From Laetmonice hystrix (Eukaryota), in contig OZ249438.1 of assembly GCA_965235115.1 (NCBI GenBank), positions 28,458,001 to 28,522,000 on the forward strand: a DNA stretch of 64,000 nt, in the 5' to 3' direction. The position numbers and the translations under genes are program-made. The notes under the pieces were generated by a model, which did not search any database, had not been told where the DNA came from, and saw only the letters and a list, made by a program, of their open reading frames with translations. Positions 26,395-39,111 of this stretch are shown in pieces. Each line of letters opens with the position of its first letter. Position 1 is the first letter of the stretch.

Positions 26395-28137
26395 ATTAAT
26401 GGTTATCACGGGCCACTAGAGGGAGATAGAGTACAATGTTGGTGTCTCCAACCATGGCAGGCTGTGGGTCGTCCTGTTAGAATCTCACTCAATGAAGTTT
26501 ACATTACGGATGGTCTCAGACTGAGTACAATGTTGGTGTCTCCAACCACGGCAGGCTGTGGGTCGTCCTGTTAGAATCTCACTCAATGAAGTTTACATTA
26601 CGGATGGTCTCAGACTGAGTACAATGTTGGTGTCTCCAACCACGGCAGGCTGTGGGTCGTCCTGTTAGAATCTCACTCAGTGAAGTTTACATTACGGATG
26701 GTCTCTGACTGATAGAGTACAATGTTGGTGTCTGCAACCACGGCAGGCTGTGGGTCGTCCTGTTAGAATCTCACTCAGTGAAGTTTACATTACGGATGGT
26801 CTCAGACTGATAGAGTACAATGTTGGTGTCTCCAACCACGGCAGGCTGTGGGTCGTCCTGTTAGAATCCCACTCAGTGAAGTTTACATTACGGATGGTCT
26901 CAGACTGATAGAGTACAATGTTGGTGTCTCCAACCACGGCAGGCTGTGGGTCGTCATGTCAGAATCCCACTCAGTGAAGTTTACATTACGGATGGTCTCA
27001 GACTGATAGAGTACAATGTTGGTGTCTCCAACCACGGCAGGCTGTGGGTCGTCCTGTTAGAATCCCACTCAGTGAAGTTTACATTACGGATGGTCTCAGA
27101 CTGACTGAGTACAATGTTGGTGTCTCCAACCACGGCAGGCTGTGGGTCGTCCTGTTAGAATCCCACTCAGTGAAGTTTACATTACGGATGGTCTCAGACT
27201 GACTGAGTACAATGTTGGTGTCTCCAACCACGGCAGGCTGTGGGTCGTCCTGTTAGAATCCCACTCAGTGAAGTTTACATTACGGATGGTCTCAGACTGA
27301 TAGAGTACAATGTTGGTGTCTGCAACCACGGCAGGCTGTGGGTCGTCCTGTTAGAATCCCACTCAGTGAAGTTTACATTACGGATGGTCTCTGACTGATA
27401 GAGTACAATGTTGGTGTCTCCAACCACGGCAGGCTGTGGGTCGTCCTGTTAGAATCCCACTCAGTGAAGTTTACATTACGGATGGTCTCAGACTGACAGA
27501 GTACAATGTTGGTGTCTGCAACCACGGCAGGCTGTGGGTCGTCCTGTTAGAATCTCACTCAGTGAAGTTTACATTACGGATGGCCTCAGACTGAGTACAA
27601 TGTTGGTGTCTGCAACCACGGCAGGCTGTGGGTCGTCCTGTTAGAATCTCACTCAGTGAAGTTTACATTACGGATGGCCTCAGACTGAGTACAATGTTGG
27701 TGTCTGCAACCACGGCAGGCTGTGGGTCGTCCTGTTAGAATCCCACTCAGTGAAGTTTACATTACGGATGGTCTCTGACTGAGTACAATGTTGGTGTCTG
27801 CAACCACGGCAGGCTGTGGGTCGTCCTGTTAGAATCTCACTCAGTGAAGTTTACATTACGGATGGTCTCAGACTGAGTACAATGTTGGTGTCTGCAACCA
27901 CGGCAGGCTGTGGGTCGTCCTGTTAGAATCTCACTCAGTGAAGTTTACATTACGGATGGTCTCAGACTGATAGAGTACAATGTTGGTGTCTGCAACCACG
28001 GCAGGCTGTGGGTCGTCCTGTTAGAATCTCACTCAGTGAAGTTTACATTACGGATGGTCTCAGGCTGTGGACCCCCTGGCCGACTGGGGACACGTTGGTA
28101 ATGGCTCGGGGTGCACGAGCTGGGCAAGGTTGAGAGC
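26395..28137 (-). pseudogene. FN3-like exon relic whose C' to F part is amplified as the 94/98-bp array
   Basis: After CCCCTGCCAG (phase 2): LSTLPSSCTPSHYQRVPSRPGGPQPETIRNVNFTE(W/stop)DSNRTTHSLPWLETPTLYSISL. The unique flank below the last copy gives ISLVARDN if a 2-nt insertion is removed. Stops and frameshifts are present. Confidence 0.4.
26429..28063. repeat. Minisatellite, 94/98-bp units, 17 copies
   Basis: Unit GAGTACAATGTTGGTGTCTCCAACCACGGCAGGCTGTGGGTCGTCCTGTTAGAATCCCACTCAGTGAAGTTTACATTACGGATGGTCTCAGACT, with or without 4 extra nt (GATA/GACT/GACA). Confidence 0.97.
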
Positions 28138-29638
28138 CTGGCAGGGGTTGGTCGGGTTCTGGTGGGGGTTTGGTGGGGTGGTGGGTCTGCAGCCTTTCCC
28201 CTGTATGGAGTAAAGGTATTGTTGGTAAACTAAAGTGGTGATGTTGGGAGTGGGGTTGTTCATGTTGGAGTGTCTGTGTCGGCGTTCCGTGACATCGTAT
28301 TGGGTGAACGATCAGTCCAGATATTCTCCCGGGAATGGCCAGTGTTATATCTACATGTCTATATTATAGTCAGACCTACTGCCTCCTACAGCAGCAGACT
28401 GGCTAGACAAGCATCGTACACTCCATTATACTAGTAATCAGTTTTTCAAGTGACTGAGCGTCACTTATATCGTACTAATTCCGTGAACAACGTAATTCTG
28501 ACCGGGAACCTGCTCACTATGGGCAACGCATTGTCAATGGCAACTATGACAATGCCGATCATTACTGTATTGGCAGTGTTTGGGGTGGCCAGTACGAGTC
28601 AATATTGCCATAGCGTGATCCCTGCCAGTATCGTTGGTAATTACAGCCAAGTGATCCTTCTCAGCGACCTTTATAGGTCACTGCAATGTCATGAGTCTAA
28701 CCAATCTCCACATCAACATCAGATCGCATCGAGTGATTCTGGGACAATAGTGTTTGGTGGGGGTAATAAAGGCTGATACGTGTACATTACAGCCAGGTGC
28801 ATCTTATACACGACGTGATGGATCCTGATCCTTACTGAACCCAGCCACGAACACGCTAATCCACCGCCAGATTATCCCAGGCACCTGGCCTCACAATCCA
28901 ATAATTCACCTAGAACACGAACAGATTCCTGGTTGTCGGTAACCGGACCCATTACCATAGTAACACAAACTGCCAGGATCGGGGTTACACCAAGGGGGGG
29001 GGGGCATGGGGGGGGCATATAGGGAGGCGAGTGGGCGGGGTGGGGGATAATGGAGGGGGCGGGGGCATATAGGGGGCCAGTGGGGGGGGGGGCACGTGTA
29101 CGTCAGCTCCCGATTGTCCTCATGTCGGCAGGAAGACAGTGACGTCACAATGTGTCAGGCAGACTGCGCCGTAGACGGGACCCGAACAGGCACTGATCAG
29201 TATTGTTTAATTCTCGAAGACTGTGACTGAATTTTTTGCCCCCCCCCCCCTTAACAAAATTTGCCTCCCCCCCCCCCTTAAAAATCCTAGATCCGCCCTG
29301 CACTGTAATACCAGTCAACAGAATTCTGTCTTTTTGGCTGAGGGGGGGGGGGGGTGGATTCTTCACCTGACGTTAAGTACCTCTAATATATGGTTTTAGT
29401 CAAACTGTTTGTCCTATAGTTTTTGAAGCCTGACTGAGAATGAGGCCATGCGATCGTTCTATCATGTACCATGATCTGGGAGTTTGCTAACCCTCTCACA
29501 GTGATTCTGGTCAGGGCCCCGATTGGACCCATTCACCCATCGATCACCCGTTGAATGCCTGTCCAGCAGGTCGGTGGCTCCAACATTCTGCCAACGGTAC
29601 GTGAGTCTGGTCCACAACAGGTGGACTTCTGCATGGTC

Positions 29639-29818
29639 CCGCCTGGTGTGGACCACCCTACCGGACACCTGGACATGACACTGACAACTTGTCAGGTCTC
29701 ATGGTTTCCATTCAATAAGGCAATATCATTCTGCCCACGAGTAACTCGTACGGCTATCGACCAGCTCCTTCCAACCACCCAGACAGTGCTCGCAGGACTG
29801 GCGAGTAGAAACCGGCAA
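29639..29818 (+). pseudogene. FN3-like relic with internal deletion
   Basis: ORF 29555-29821 contains PPGVDHPTGHLDMTLTTCQVSWFP (A/B strands, W-x-P) and AIDQLLPTTQTVLAGLASRN (E/F-like, I..L.P.T...A.N). C/C' is short and the Tyr residues are lost. Confidence 0.45.
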
Positions 29819-30473
29819 TAATTGCTGGTAATCTTCGCACGGACACGCAGTTTTCTGCATAAAATAGGCTCCGGCAACAACAGAAGTAATATCAATGGTG
29901 CTAAAAACTACTCTATTCACGGACTTGTTTTTAAACCCATCCATAATTATCACAAAGCTTTTATTAGTTGACTCCCATCATGAACAAATGCAGGGAAACC
30001 AGGGAACCATTTTCCATGGCCACACACTACAACATACCGAGGACGGTCCGTGTACCCCAACATTACCATAGGTCAAGGCCATACTCTTTGTAAACTAGAC
30101 CCCTTCATTGTTCTATTGGTTCCGGGTCCTCTGATCCTACATTATCGAGATATCGTACATTATCCAGATATCATTGATGTCCCTGTGGTTGGTGGTCGGC
30201 ACTCTATGTGACATATCAACCTTGGACATGTTCTCAAAGTGCTGCCGGACACCAGCGAACAGAGATAGGAGTATTTATTTCACCTTCAGTGGCATGGTTC
30301 GGTACAGGTAGCGCCCTCTCAGGGTGCGGGGTCAGGGTGCCGACACCCCCCCCCCCCCCCGAGTCCGTGTGCTGTACATGCTGATTTCTACCTGCCATCC
30401 TGGATTTGTTTTCTAACTGTTGGTATACACAGACTGTACCTCCTTACATAACCTCACTTCCGACAACCTAAGC

Positions 30474-31337
30474 TGTTTGCTTTGCCATAACTAAGCTCAC
30501 CAGTTTGCTCTGCCATAACTAAGCTCACCAGGCAGAGTACGTTTTGTGTTTGCTTTGCCATAACTAAGCTCACCAGGCAGAGTACGTTTAGTGTTTGCTC
30601 TGACATAATTAAGTTCACCAGGCAGAGTACGTTTTGTGTTTGCTTTGCCATAACTAAGCTCACCAGTTTGCTCTGTCATAACTAAGCTCACCAGGCAGAG
30701 TACGTTTAGTGTTTGCTCTGACATAATTAAGTTCACCAGGCAGAGTACGTTTTGTGTTTGCTTTGCCATAACTAAGCTCACCAGGCAGAGTACGTTTAGT
30801 GTTTGCTCTGACATAATTAAGTTCACCAGGCAGAGTACGTTTTGTGTTTGCTTTGCCATAACTAAGCTCACCAGTTTGCTCTGTCATAACTAAGCTCACC
30901 AGGTAGAGTACGTTTTGTGTTTGCTCTGCCATAACTAAGCTCACCAGGCAGACTACGTTTTGTGTTTGCTCTGCCATAACTAAGCTCACCAGGTAGAGTA
31001 CGTTTTGTGTTTGCTCTGCCATAACTAAGCTCACCAGGCAGACTACGTTTTGTGTTTGCTCTGCCATAACTAAGCTCACCAGGTAGAGTACGTTTTGTGT
31101 TTGCTCTGCCATAACTAAGCTCACCGGGCAGAGTACGTTTAGTGTTTGCTCTGACATAACTAAGTTCACCAGGCAGAGTACGTTTAGTGTTTGCTCTGCC
31201 ATAACTAAGTTCACCAGGCAGAGTACGTTTAGTGTTTGCTCTGCCATAACTAAGCTCACCAGGCAGAGTACGTTTTGTGTTTGCTCTGCCATAACTATAA
31301 GCTCACCGGGCAGAGTACGTTTAGTGTTTGCTCTGCC
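30474..31337. repeat. Compound minisatellite, 45-bp unit with 28-bp short variant
   Basis: CT(T/C)TGCCATAACTAAGCTCACCAGGCAGAGTACGTTTTGTGTTTG interspersed with CTTTGCCATAACTAAGCTCACCAGTTTG. It explains ORFs 30454-31292. Confidence 0.95.
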
Positions 31338-32392
31338 AGCAGCGTTCAGCGTTATTCTCAGTTTACTGATCTAAGGTGGGCGTTTCTCTAGGATGGCTAA
31401 ATATTTCAGGTGGCTTTCATCGGTAACCATGGAAACCTAATTAGTAACAATTAATGTATTTTCATAGCAATGCTAGTCGAACAATAACCTAGGACCTAAT
31501 CAGTTTTTAATCAATAAAAATTTAATTCCATCAGCCTAACCCTGGAGACTCCTTGCTGCAAGGTCACCTACAACAATAATTTCATATTCACAAGAGCCAT
31601 TTCAATAATTCTGCTTACTGCCTTACTTAAAAAAACTGTTAGACGGCCTTTTTAAAACCACAAAGGTCTCATTTCGACACTGTTCGTAGGTTACTCTTTC
31701 TGTGGTGTCAAATCGAACACAGAATGTGCCGTGATACAGTACTGTTAGTACTTACATTCACAGCGTTGTAACCAGAGCATTAAAACCACCCTTCCTGGCG
31801 GATGCTAACACCACGACAGAACAATGAGTCGAACTCAACCAAACCTCTGCTCCTTTCCTACACTCTGAAAGTTGAATCCCACAAAATGCGACCCAAATGG
31901 ATCCAGTTTCCTACCATACAGATACGAGTTGTTTTCAGCCTGATTAGAGTCACGATCCTGGTTAGGGGGCCCAGAGCGATAACAGAAGCATTTAACGGAA
32001 CAGGTCAACCGGCTAGCACGGCCTTGTTGACCTAGCTGTGCATCAACTGCTGTTAATCCCAAAATTAGAGTTCCATGCAGAAAGGCCCTCATAAAAACAA
32101 AGACATAAACGTCTTCATATACCGCCTACATAGTATGAAAGGGCGACTTCTCAGAAACACCTTCATTTGACACAATCTAGGGATATACTGGCGCTAAGGA
32201 CATATTTCATTCGTAAGACTAAAGTAAACTGAGATGGCGCCATAAAATTAAGTTTTTATGAAATCATTGCCGTTGTGTCAGTGCACTATTATGCCCTGTG
32301 TAACCCGGCCAGTTAATTCCATTTTCTTATTTTCTGATTCGCAATTCTAGCAGACTGACGAATCTACATAATTTGCCAACATTTGTAATGTA

Positions 32393-33253
32393 TCGGGTGT
32401 CCCAGAAAAAGTGAACCGCTTTTTGATAAGTATTTTCTCAGTGATAGGTAACCCGAATTCATTGAAAATTTTCACACAGTAACCTTAGGGTATCATCAAC
32501 AAGTCTGCAAAATATCTATAAAGATCTGACAGAACTTATACGAGTATTGTCAAATTCAAAACAGCATGTCAAAAAATCCAATATCAAAGGAAAATCCTTA
32601 TTTCAGTTTATGCTCAATGTGGCCTCCGTCTTCCTTCACGATTAAAGGAAGCCGTTTCTTGCAAACAGATAAATCGATTTCATTGGAATTTTTCACACAA
32701 TAACTTTAGGGTATCATCAACAAGTCTGCAAAATATCTAAAAGATCGGACGGAAATTATGCGAGTATTGTCAAATTCAAAACAACATGTAAAAAAATCCG
32801 ATATAAAAACTGTGCAATCTGACCATCACCATCATGTTCATGGATTATGCTATGTGGAACTCTCTGAAGGAGAAAGTTTACCGGGCACTGAGAGACAAAT
32901 TGACCCCGGCAGCATTAAAGGACAGGATAATTATGTCATAGGAGAAGATATCGGTGGAAGAAATACGTAAAAGCATTCCTGTTTGGAAGGAACGGCTTCC
33001 TTTAGTCGTGAAGGAAGATGGAGGCCACATTGAGCATAAACTGAAATAAGGGTTTTCCTTTGATATTGGATTTTTTGACATGCTGTTTTGAATTTGACAA
33101 TACTCGCATAAGTTCTGTCAGATCTTTTAGATATTTTGCAGACTTGTTGATGATACCCTAAGGTTATTGTGTGAAAATTTTCAATGAATTCGGTTTATCT
33201 ATCACTGAGAAAATACTTGTCAAAAAGCGGTTCACTTTTTCTGGGACACCCGA
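32393..33253. mobile_element. Tc1/mariner-derived foldback element (about 277-bp inverted arms), 861 bp
   Basis: TA|TCGGGTGTCCCAGAAAAAGTGAACCGC...GCGGTTCACTTTTTCTGGGACACCCGA|TA. Arms 32391-32668 and 32979-33255; a third partial, diverged copy of the subterminal region lies at about 32670-32815. Confidence 0.92.
32840..33049 (+). pseudogene. C-terminal remnant of a Tc1/mariner (maT/DD37D-like) transposase
   Basis: MDYAMWNSLKEKVYRALRDKLTPAALKDRIIMS*EKISVEEIRKSIPVWKERLPLVVKEDGGHIEHKLK*. This matches the typical DY..W..LK.KVY ... W ... RL..V...GGHIE C-terminus, with one in-frame TAG at the Trp position; a degraded WP.SP motif lies just upstream in another frame. Confidence 0.85.
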
Positions 33254-33353
33254 TATATTAATATGTGTAAGTATAGCTAGCGGCCGAAATTTGTGTTGAC
33301 CTTGTGTTGACGCTCAGAGAACGTCTGTCGTTGAGAAAGTATCAAACCGCCTA

Positions 33354-33440
33354 GTGTTGGCGGGTATGTGTTGGCGGGTATGCGTTGGCGGAAAGGTGTT
33401 GGCGGTTGGCGGGCAGGTGTTGGCGGGAAGGTGTTGGCGG
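33354..33440. repeat. Short imperfect tandem repeat of GTGTTGGCGG-core units
   Basis: About 7 copies of (G)TGTTGGCGG with variable 0-4 nt linkers. Confidence 0.85.
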
Positions 33441-35584
33441 TTTAGCTTTGTGTTCTTCCGCTACACGCCTCTCCCTCATGCTGGTCTCACATTTCGCCGA
33501 CATCAGTCTTTATTCATTTAAGGGGATCAGGCGCGGCAGGAAATGAGACAACAGCCTTTCGCAGCATGGCTTGCATATGCCTACTAGATCATTCCAGGAT
33601 AGGGACAACAGGATCAAGTGAGGCTGAGCCCTGCAAGGCTCGCGATGGCACACTGTATAGACTTGTCACTGCTCAAAGGATTTGCACTGACCGCAAACTT
33701 CGCTTGGACAAGGAATATTGAACCGCACACTTGATAATCTTTTACAGAGCCTGCTCGAGTGTTCAGATCAATTCCATTTGCCAACCAAATCCAATTGGTA
33801 CTTGGATTGGTAGGGAACCCGGGCCTTAGATCCGTGTTGGGCAGCGCAGGAGGTCCTGGCTGGGGTCAGGGTGAAGTTCCAGGTGGTGGCCGCCTAAGTC
33901 ATGTGATTAGGCTGAGGGTGGGTGGGGGTGGGTGGAGCTGAGGGAGGGGGAGTGGGGAGGAGTAGATGTGGCCAGATGGTGCTGCCGCGAGCCACATTAC
34001 CTACAATCTCCCTTCCCCACCTGTTCTAAAGAAACGCGTTCCGTCACTCATATGATAACACCACCGTCCCCTCGGGCAGGGAGCAGAGTGCGCCGCTGTG
34101 CTGTGTAGACCCTGAAAACGTTCCGCGGGGTGGCCTGAAAGCTTAACGTGGCGGTGATCGCGGTAATGCGGTAACAGGTCTACATTACCGTACCGAACCG
34201 AACAGTGCCGAGTCGTTCCGAGCTAGCGTAGGAATGAGGAACGCCTCCACATCTCCCCATCACCAAGAGGCTGGGAGCAGGAGGAGGAGGAGCCGCAGCA
34301 GCAGGTCCTTGGGGATGCGTCCATCTCAGGCCCTGACTCGAGCACACCACCTCCCTCTTCCAACCAGTAGGCCTACAGGTACTCACTCAACACTGCCGCT
34401 CTCGTGCTCCCTCCCGGCCAAACCACGGCAACCTTACCTTCCACGGGTCACAAACAGCATCAATAATGTAGCCGCCAATTTCCATAAAGAACCAGAAAAC
34501 ACCAAAACCGTCAAAAAGGTCTCAACGGTCCCAACACTGTTGGGGGCATCTGCTGGCACGGCATCAAGGCAGGCTACGGTCCACCAGAGGGCGCTTTCAT
34601 CACGGTGTACCCGAACCGTGGAGGCTGCGAGGGACGGTTTGGGAACGACTCCTTGGCAAGCTTTTAATGTTTAATGTGAAAACTCTATGTGACACTGGAG
34701 AACACCACCCAGGGACCAGGCGACCAGAGCTGGGGGACCGACTTGTTGGTATTCTAATGGACTGCCACGACACCGGGTCGAACGTGTTTATTCCCGTCCA
34801 TTACACAGCCACTCTCAGGCTCTTTATTGTGGACTCTGACTGGCACGCCAAGTGATAACGTATGAACAGGTACAGGTCTGAGGACAGGACAGTGAGACAG
34901 TGACAAACTCATCTCTGCCTTTCGTAACGACGGCTAATAAAACAATACAGAGATGGAAACCAGGTTAATTTAGGGTACTGTACAGAAGTTGTGCTCTATT
35001 CATCTAACACACCCCGCCCCACACCCACACCCACACCCACACCCATACAAATAAAAATAAAAGTTCCACGCCAAAGTTTAGGAAAACTTTGGATTAATGC
35101 TGATGCAAGATTACTGCTAGAAGCATGCATGTGTGACTGGCGTTAATAGTGATCCCAAACTGATCATCAGACACCTGAATTTAAATAATGACCATGGATT
35201 CACATGACAAATGAGTCTGAGCATCAGCCCACGGACACAAGGGACTTGTAAATAATGCTGTAATTTCGTTTCTCTTTTTGCATCATTTTGTCATAGAACT
35301 GTCAGTAAGATGTTGCTGATGACCTGTCGTTGTGTGAAGTCGGTGAGAGCTGAGAGTAGAACAGGCAGGAACCATGTGATTACGACATCCTCAAACACGG
35401 GCAGGTTCTGCCACCGTCCAATGAGAACGGGAGACACCGAGACGCTGGAAGATGAAGATACTGGCGGCTCCAGCCAAGCGTTTCTCCAGTGTCTGCCGCG
35501 TCCACCCAGCTAAACTGTTACGTCATCACACAATCGATGGCCTTGCGGAGCTGTCACAGACGTGGGGATGTACATATGTGGGTT

Positions 35585-35809
35585 GGGGAGGAATGGGGAG
35601 GTGTGGGAGGGGCCGGGGAGGGGTGGGGAGGGACCGGGACGGAGTGGGGAGGGGCCGGGACGAGGTGGGGCGGGGAGGGGCCGGGACGGAGTGGGGAGGG
35701 GCCGGGACGGAGTGGGGAGGGGCCGGGACGGAGTGGGGAGGGGCCGGGACGAGGTGGGGTGGGGAGGGGCCGGGACGGGGTGGGGAGGGGCCGGGACGGA
35801 GTGGGGAGG
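35585..35809 (+). repeat. G-rich 21-bp minisatellite, about 9 copies, G-quadruplex-prone
   Basis: Unit GGGGAGGGGCCGGGACGGAGT, with three runs of at least 3 G per unit. It explains the overlapping G/P-rich ORFs. Confidence 0.93.
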
Positions 35810-36304
35810 TGGAGAGAGGGGATAGGTGCTGAGATAGGGAGGGCACAAGGTCTCGCCCAACCCAGCGGCCCTGACTCTCCATACGGACGGCAGGAGGCTA
35901 TGGGAATAGCGAGCGGTACCAGTACCAACCCGACAACCACGTCGTCAGTGCCATCAGTAAGGAAGCAGGCCTTTAACAAATCGGTTAGACAGAACCCCAC
36001 CGACATGGCGATGACAGCGCAGATGGTCTATCCATCACAGCCCGGCAAATGCCACTATAAGTACTGCACGTAGAGATCTTCTTGGTTATGATCAGTAATC
36101 ACCAAGGAACCGTACAATCACTGAGCACCACCGCTCGACTGCCAATCTCCTCTCTCAGACACACACATTTCCACTTCCTGCAGGTTTTTACAGCTTTCAT
36201 CATCGGTTTATTTTCCGGATTTTGCATTACAAAAGGTTGACTGATTTCAGACAGGCGTAAGAGTGTCTAGAAAACCTAGAGCGGAGGGCAGTGTCTAGTT
36301 GCTA

Positions 36305-36386
36305 TCAATGAGATGCGCCCTCAGATTTTCAGCCGTGTCTTGCCCTCAATGAGATGCGCCCTCAGATTTCCAGCCGTGTCTTGCCC
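36305..36386. repeat. Tandem duplication, 41 bp x2
   Basis: TCAATGAGATGCGCCCTCAGATTT(T/C)CAGCCGTGTCTTGCCC twice. Confidence 0.9.
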
Positions 36387-36416
36387 TCATACGTGAAGCC
36401 CAAATTGACGTTGCAG

Positions 36417-36666
36417 ACCTGTGCCCCCAACATCCGACAGCGCGCCTGTTCCCATAATACAGGGCCGCATCACGCCGGTGGGAACCTCAACCTGCGCTGA
36501 CCGGCTCTCATATCACCCAGCCCACATCTCCTACCCCCTGCAGGGAGCTCGTCTGACCGCAACGACAAGCTGCATGCATTATTTCAAACGGACCACGACA
36601 TCTGTCATGAATGCCCTCAGGAGAATACACGCGACTATCGCAGCCACTGCCGTTTTCATTAGCTGC
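36417..36666 (+). pseudogene. FN3-like relic with frameshifts
   Basis: After TTGCAG: PVPPTSDSAPVPIIQGRIT / (shift) RWEPQPALTGSHITQ / (shift) HISY...RTTTSVMNALR...TAVF. Motifs are in FN3 order but need at least 2 frameshifts. Confidence 0.33.
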
Positions 36667-37785
36667 TGAATCTAACTCACGAGCTTCTTTACACTCCATT
36701 AAGTAGAAACATGGACTTATTATAGATGTAGCGAAAGTAAATGTGATCTAGTAACCACACTGTCATGAGATTCAATGATTACAGAGGTTTTCTCACAGAT
36801 TTATTGGGAACAAGAAACCTCTCCCAATTTGTATCCTGTCAGGAACTATAATGTTACCCAGAAGTTCTGACGCCGAGTTGCTTTATATTCGGCACAATCA
36901 GTTCGTCTAGCGCCCCAATCCAAATTCAGGTTCACCCCAGAGACTCTCATTTCTTTCAAATAAAAAAGTGTTGCCTGAGTTCCATAAATTTGTATAAGGA
37001 GATCGAAGGATTTCTGTCTTCATGCCCAGTAAGCAGAAATGATGACAGAGAGTCATGCAAGGAGGGCTCTGCGCCTTTCTCTCCGCCGGAATCTCCATCT
37101 CTCTCTCTCCCTCTCCGTGCTCGATATTACCACCACCTCCAAGCCATTGTCAGGTCTCTGCCGACAACCCTTACACTTGAAATGTAATTTAAAGTCGTAC
37201 TTGACCTCCTATACCTGACGTTCTACTGTACCTATAGTTACGTGATCCAGAAACGGTTGAGACAGCCTCCACTAAAGGCACTCTAGTTTGAGGCAGGGTT
37301 GATTTGAGACAGGCACTGATGTAAAATCGAACATCTATTTCCCACTGACACTGATCTGAGGCTAATCGTTTATTTGAGACTGGCATTCGATATTAGATCC
37401 ACATTTTATTTGATGCTGGAATTGATTTAAGTCCTTGTGCTTAATTTAAGCTGGCACTGTTTAAATCCCAGCTTTCACTTGAGACGGGTACTTTGTAAAG
37501 ACCTGGCATTAGTTTAAGCCATTATGGTATTCACACCCGCCAACCTTTGCTGGCAATGAGCAGGTTCTGTTGCCAACAGTGTGACAACTCGGCGTTACAA
37601 ACATGCAAGCACGAAGACAGATCTGAAGATATGAAATCGACACGTTTGACGCTTTTATCGGAGATCTGTGAAGTTGGTGTTGAACAATAAGACTTGTACC
37701 CCTGACCGTACTTGACTTTGTCTGCGGGGAGCACGGCTGATGTCTTCTGATGCTGCATGCTATCACCCACACAAAGTTCTCGCCA

Positions 37786-37950
37786 GAGGCCGATCAGATG
37801 GCCAGACAAGCAGCTTCTATTGACAACACCACAGTTGGGCTTGTCGCCCGGCTGACAGTGAACACGATATTGAAATCCTTTCAGCCGTGCAGACAGAAGA
37901 ATGAAGTGCCAACTGCCAAGTCCATATCTGGTGTTGTCAATTAGAACGGG
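37786..37950 (-). pseudogene. Possible FN3-like relic inside the 170-aa ORF 37531-38043
   Basis: PVLIDNTRYGLGSWH...LKGFQYRVHCQPG...HLIGL in one frame; loose match. Confidence 0.25.
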
Positions 37951-38985
37951 GGAGTGCATCTCTGCTCGAGTTCTGTGAGAGGCCAGAGATGGGGGTGTAC
38001 CGACGCTCAATATACGCAGACTGCCACCATTGATCACTTTCAAATGCCTGTAGGGAGAATGCTATTGAAATGTAAAGTCGGGTAAAGGGGGAAACAAAAA
38101 GCATCATTCACTCCTATACAGTTCTTTTCACTCCCACCACTAAATACACCTGTTAAAAATCATTCACTTTCGTATAGTTTGTCACCGGCTAAATGAGGTA
38201 TTACTGGCGGACTTGGAGCACTCTTTTGTTATTTGACACTAAAAGACCATCCTCCCTGCTGAGATTCGATTTTACTGAAGTAAACTGACGACACAGGTCC
38301 AGAGTTCTGATAGTAAGCTCCGCCTTAGCTTACCTTCAGTGAAAAGAGAAAAGTCAATGCCCCGCGAACTATTAAAGCAACCGCACCTGCCTGCGGTTAC
38401 TCTGTTGAAAAATTAAAGAAATTCTTGAAAACTTGTCTACCTTTCTATTATTCTGCCTATTCCACTTATAACTCTGACCTGTTATACTGTCTTTGTGTGG
38501 ATGTCGAGTTGCATAAAATATCCAACTTTTGGGCGTGTTTTTCACTTCACGTGTCTGAGACCCAGATGCGCCTTGCCAGGGCCCACTGCCAAACAACACA
38601 GGCCGATCCCCATGGGCATCAGGTTTTTCTGCCTCCCCGCCAGAATCCATCTGCTGTTATTAATCACCTTGCCGGTCCTGGGCAATAATTCCACAGGTTG
38701 AGAAAATGAGCACCTCACCCCCATCCCAACCACCAGCTCAGGCATGGCTTTGAAATAAATGATATTTAAATTATCCATTCCGTATATTATTTCACTACCA
38801 CCTGAGGTAAACGTTAAGCTATAATTACACAATATGGCCCTGGTAAGTAGAGGTCCTTTGGTCGTTCAGGCAATTGAGGTATCTTTGACCGGTTTCAGTC
38901 AATTTTAGGTCGAGATAGTTGAAATGGCCCTTGTCGTTTCGTTAACAGTATGATTGGATGGCGGTGCTCCCGGTCGGGTGGCTAG

Positions 38986-39111
38986 GGCCCACACATCACA
39001 CCCACACCAGTCACGAGCTCCCTGATTGGCCACAGCTGGCGTCAATACGAGGCGGCCGCCCTGGACCACCCCATCACATGCCGGCGTTCCCTTGGCCTCG
39101 TAAGGGCTTAA
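38986..39111 (+). pseudogene. FN3-like relic (A/B strands and PIT motif)
   Basis: Frame between two stops reads GPHITPTPVTSSLIGHSWRQYEAAALDHPITCRRSLGLVRA. Confidence 0.33.

Noticed and set aside
30454-31292. MAEQTQNVLCLVSLV-repeat ORFs
   Set aside because: Translation of the 45-bp minisatellite; frames are broken by 28-bp units.
35452-36073. Six overlapping Gly/Pro-rich ORFs
   Set aside because: Artefact of the stop-free G-rich 21-bp repeat.
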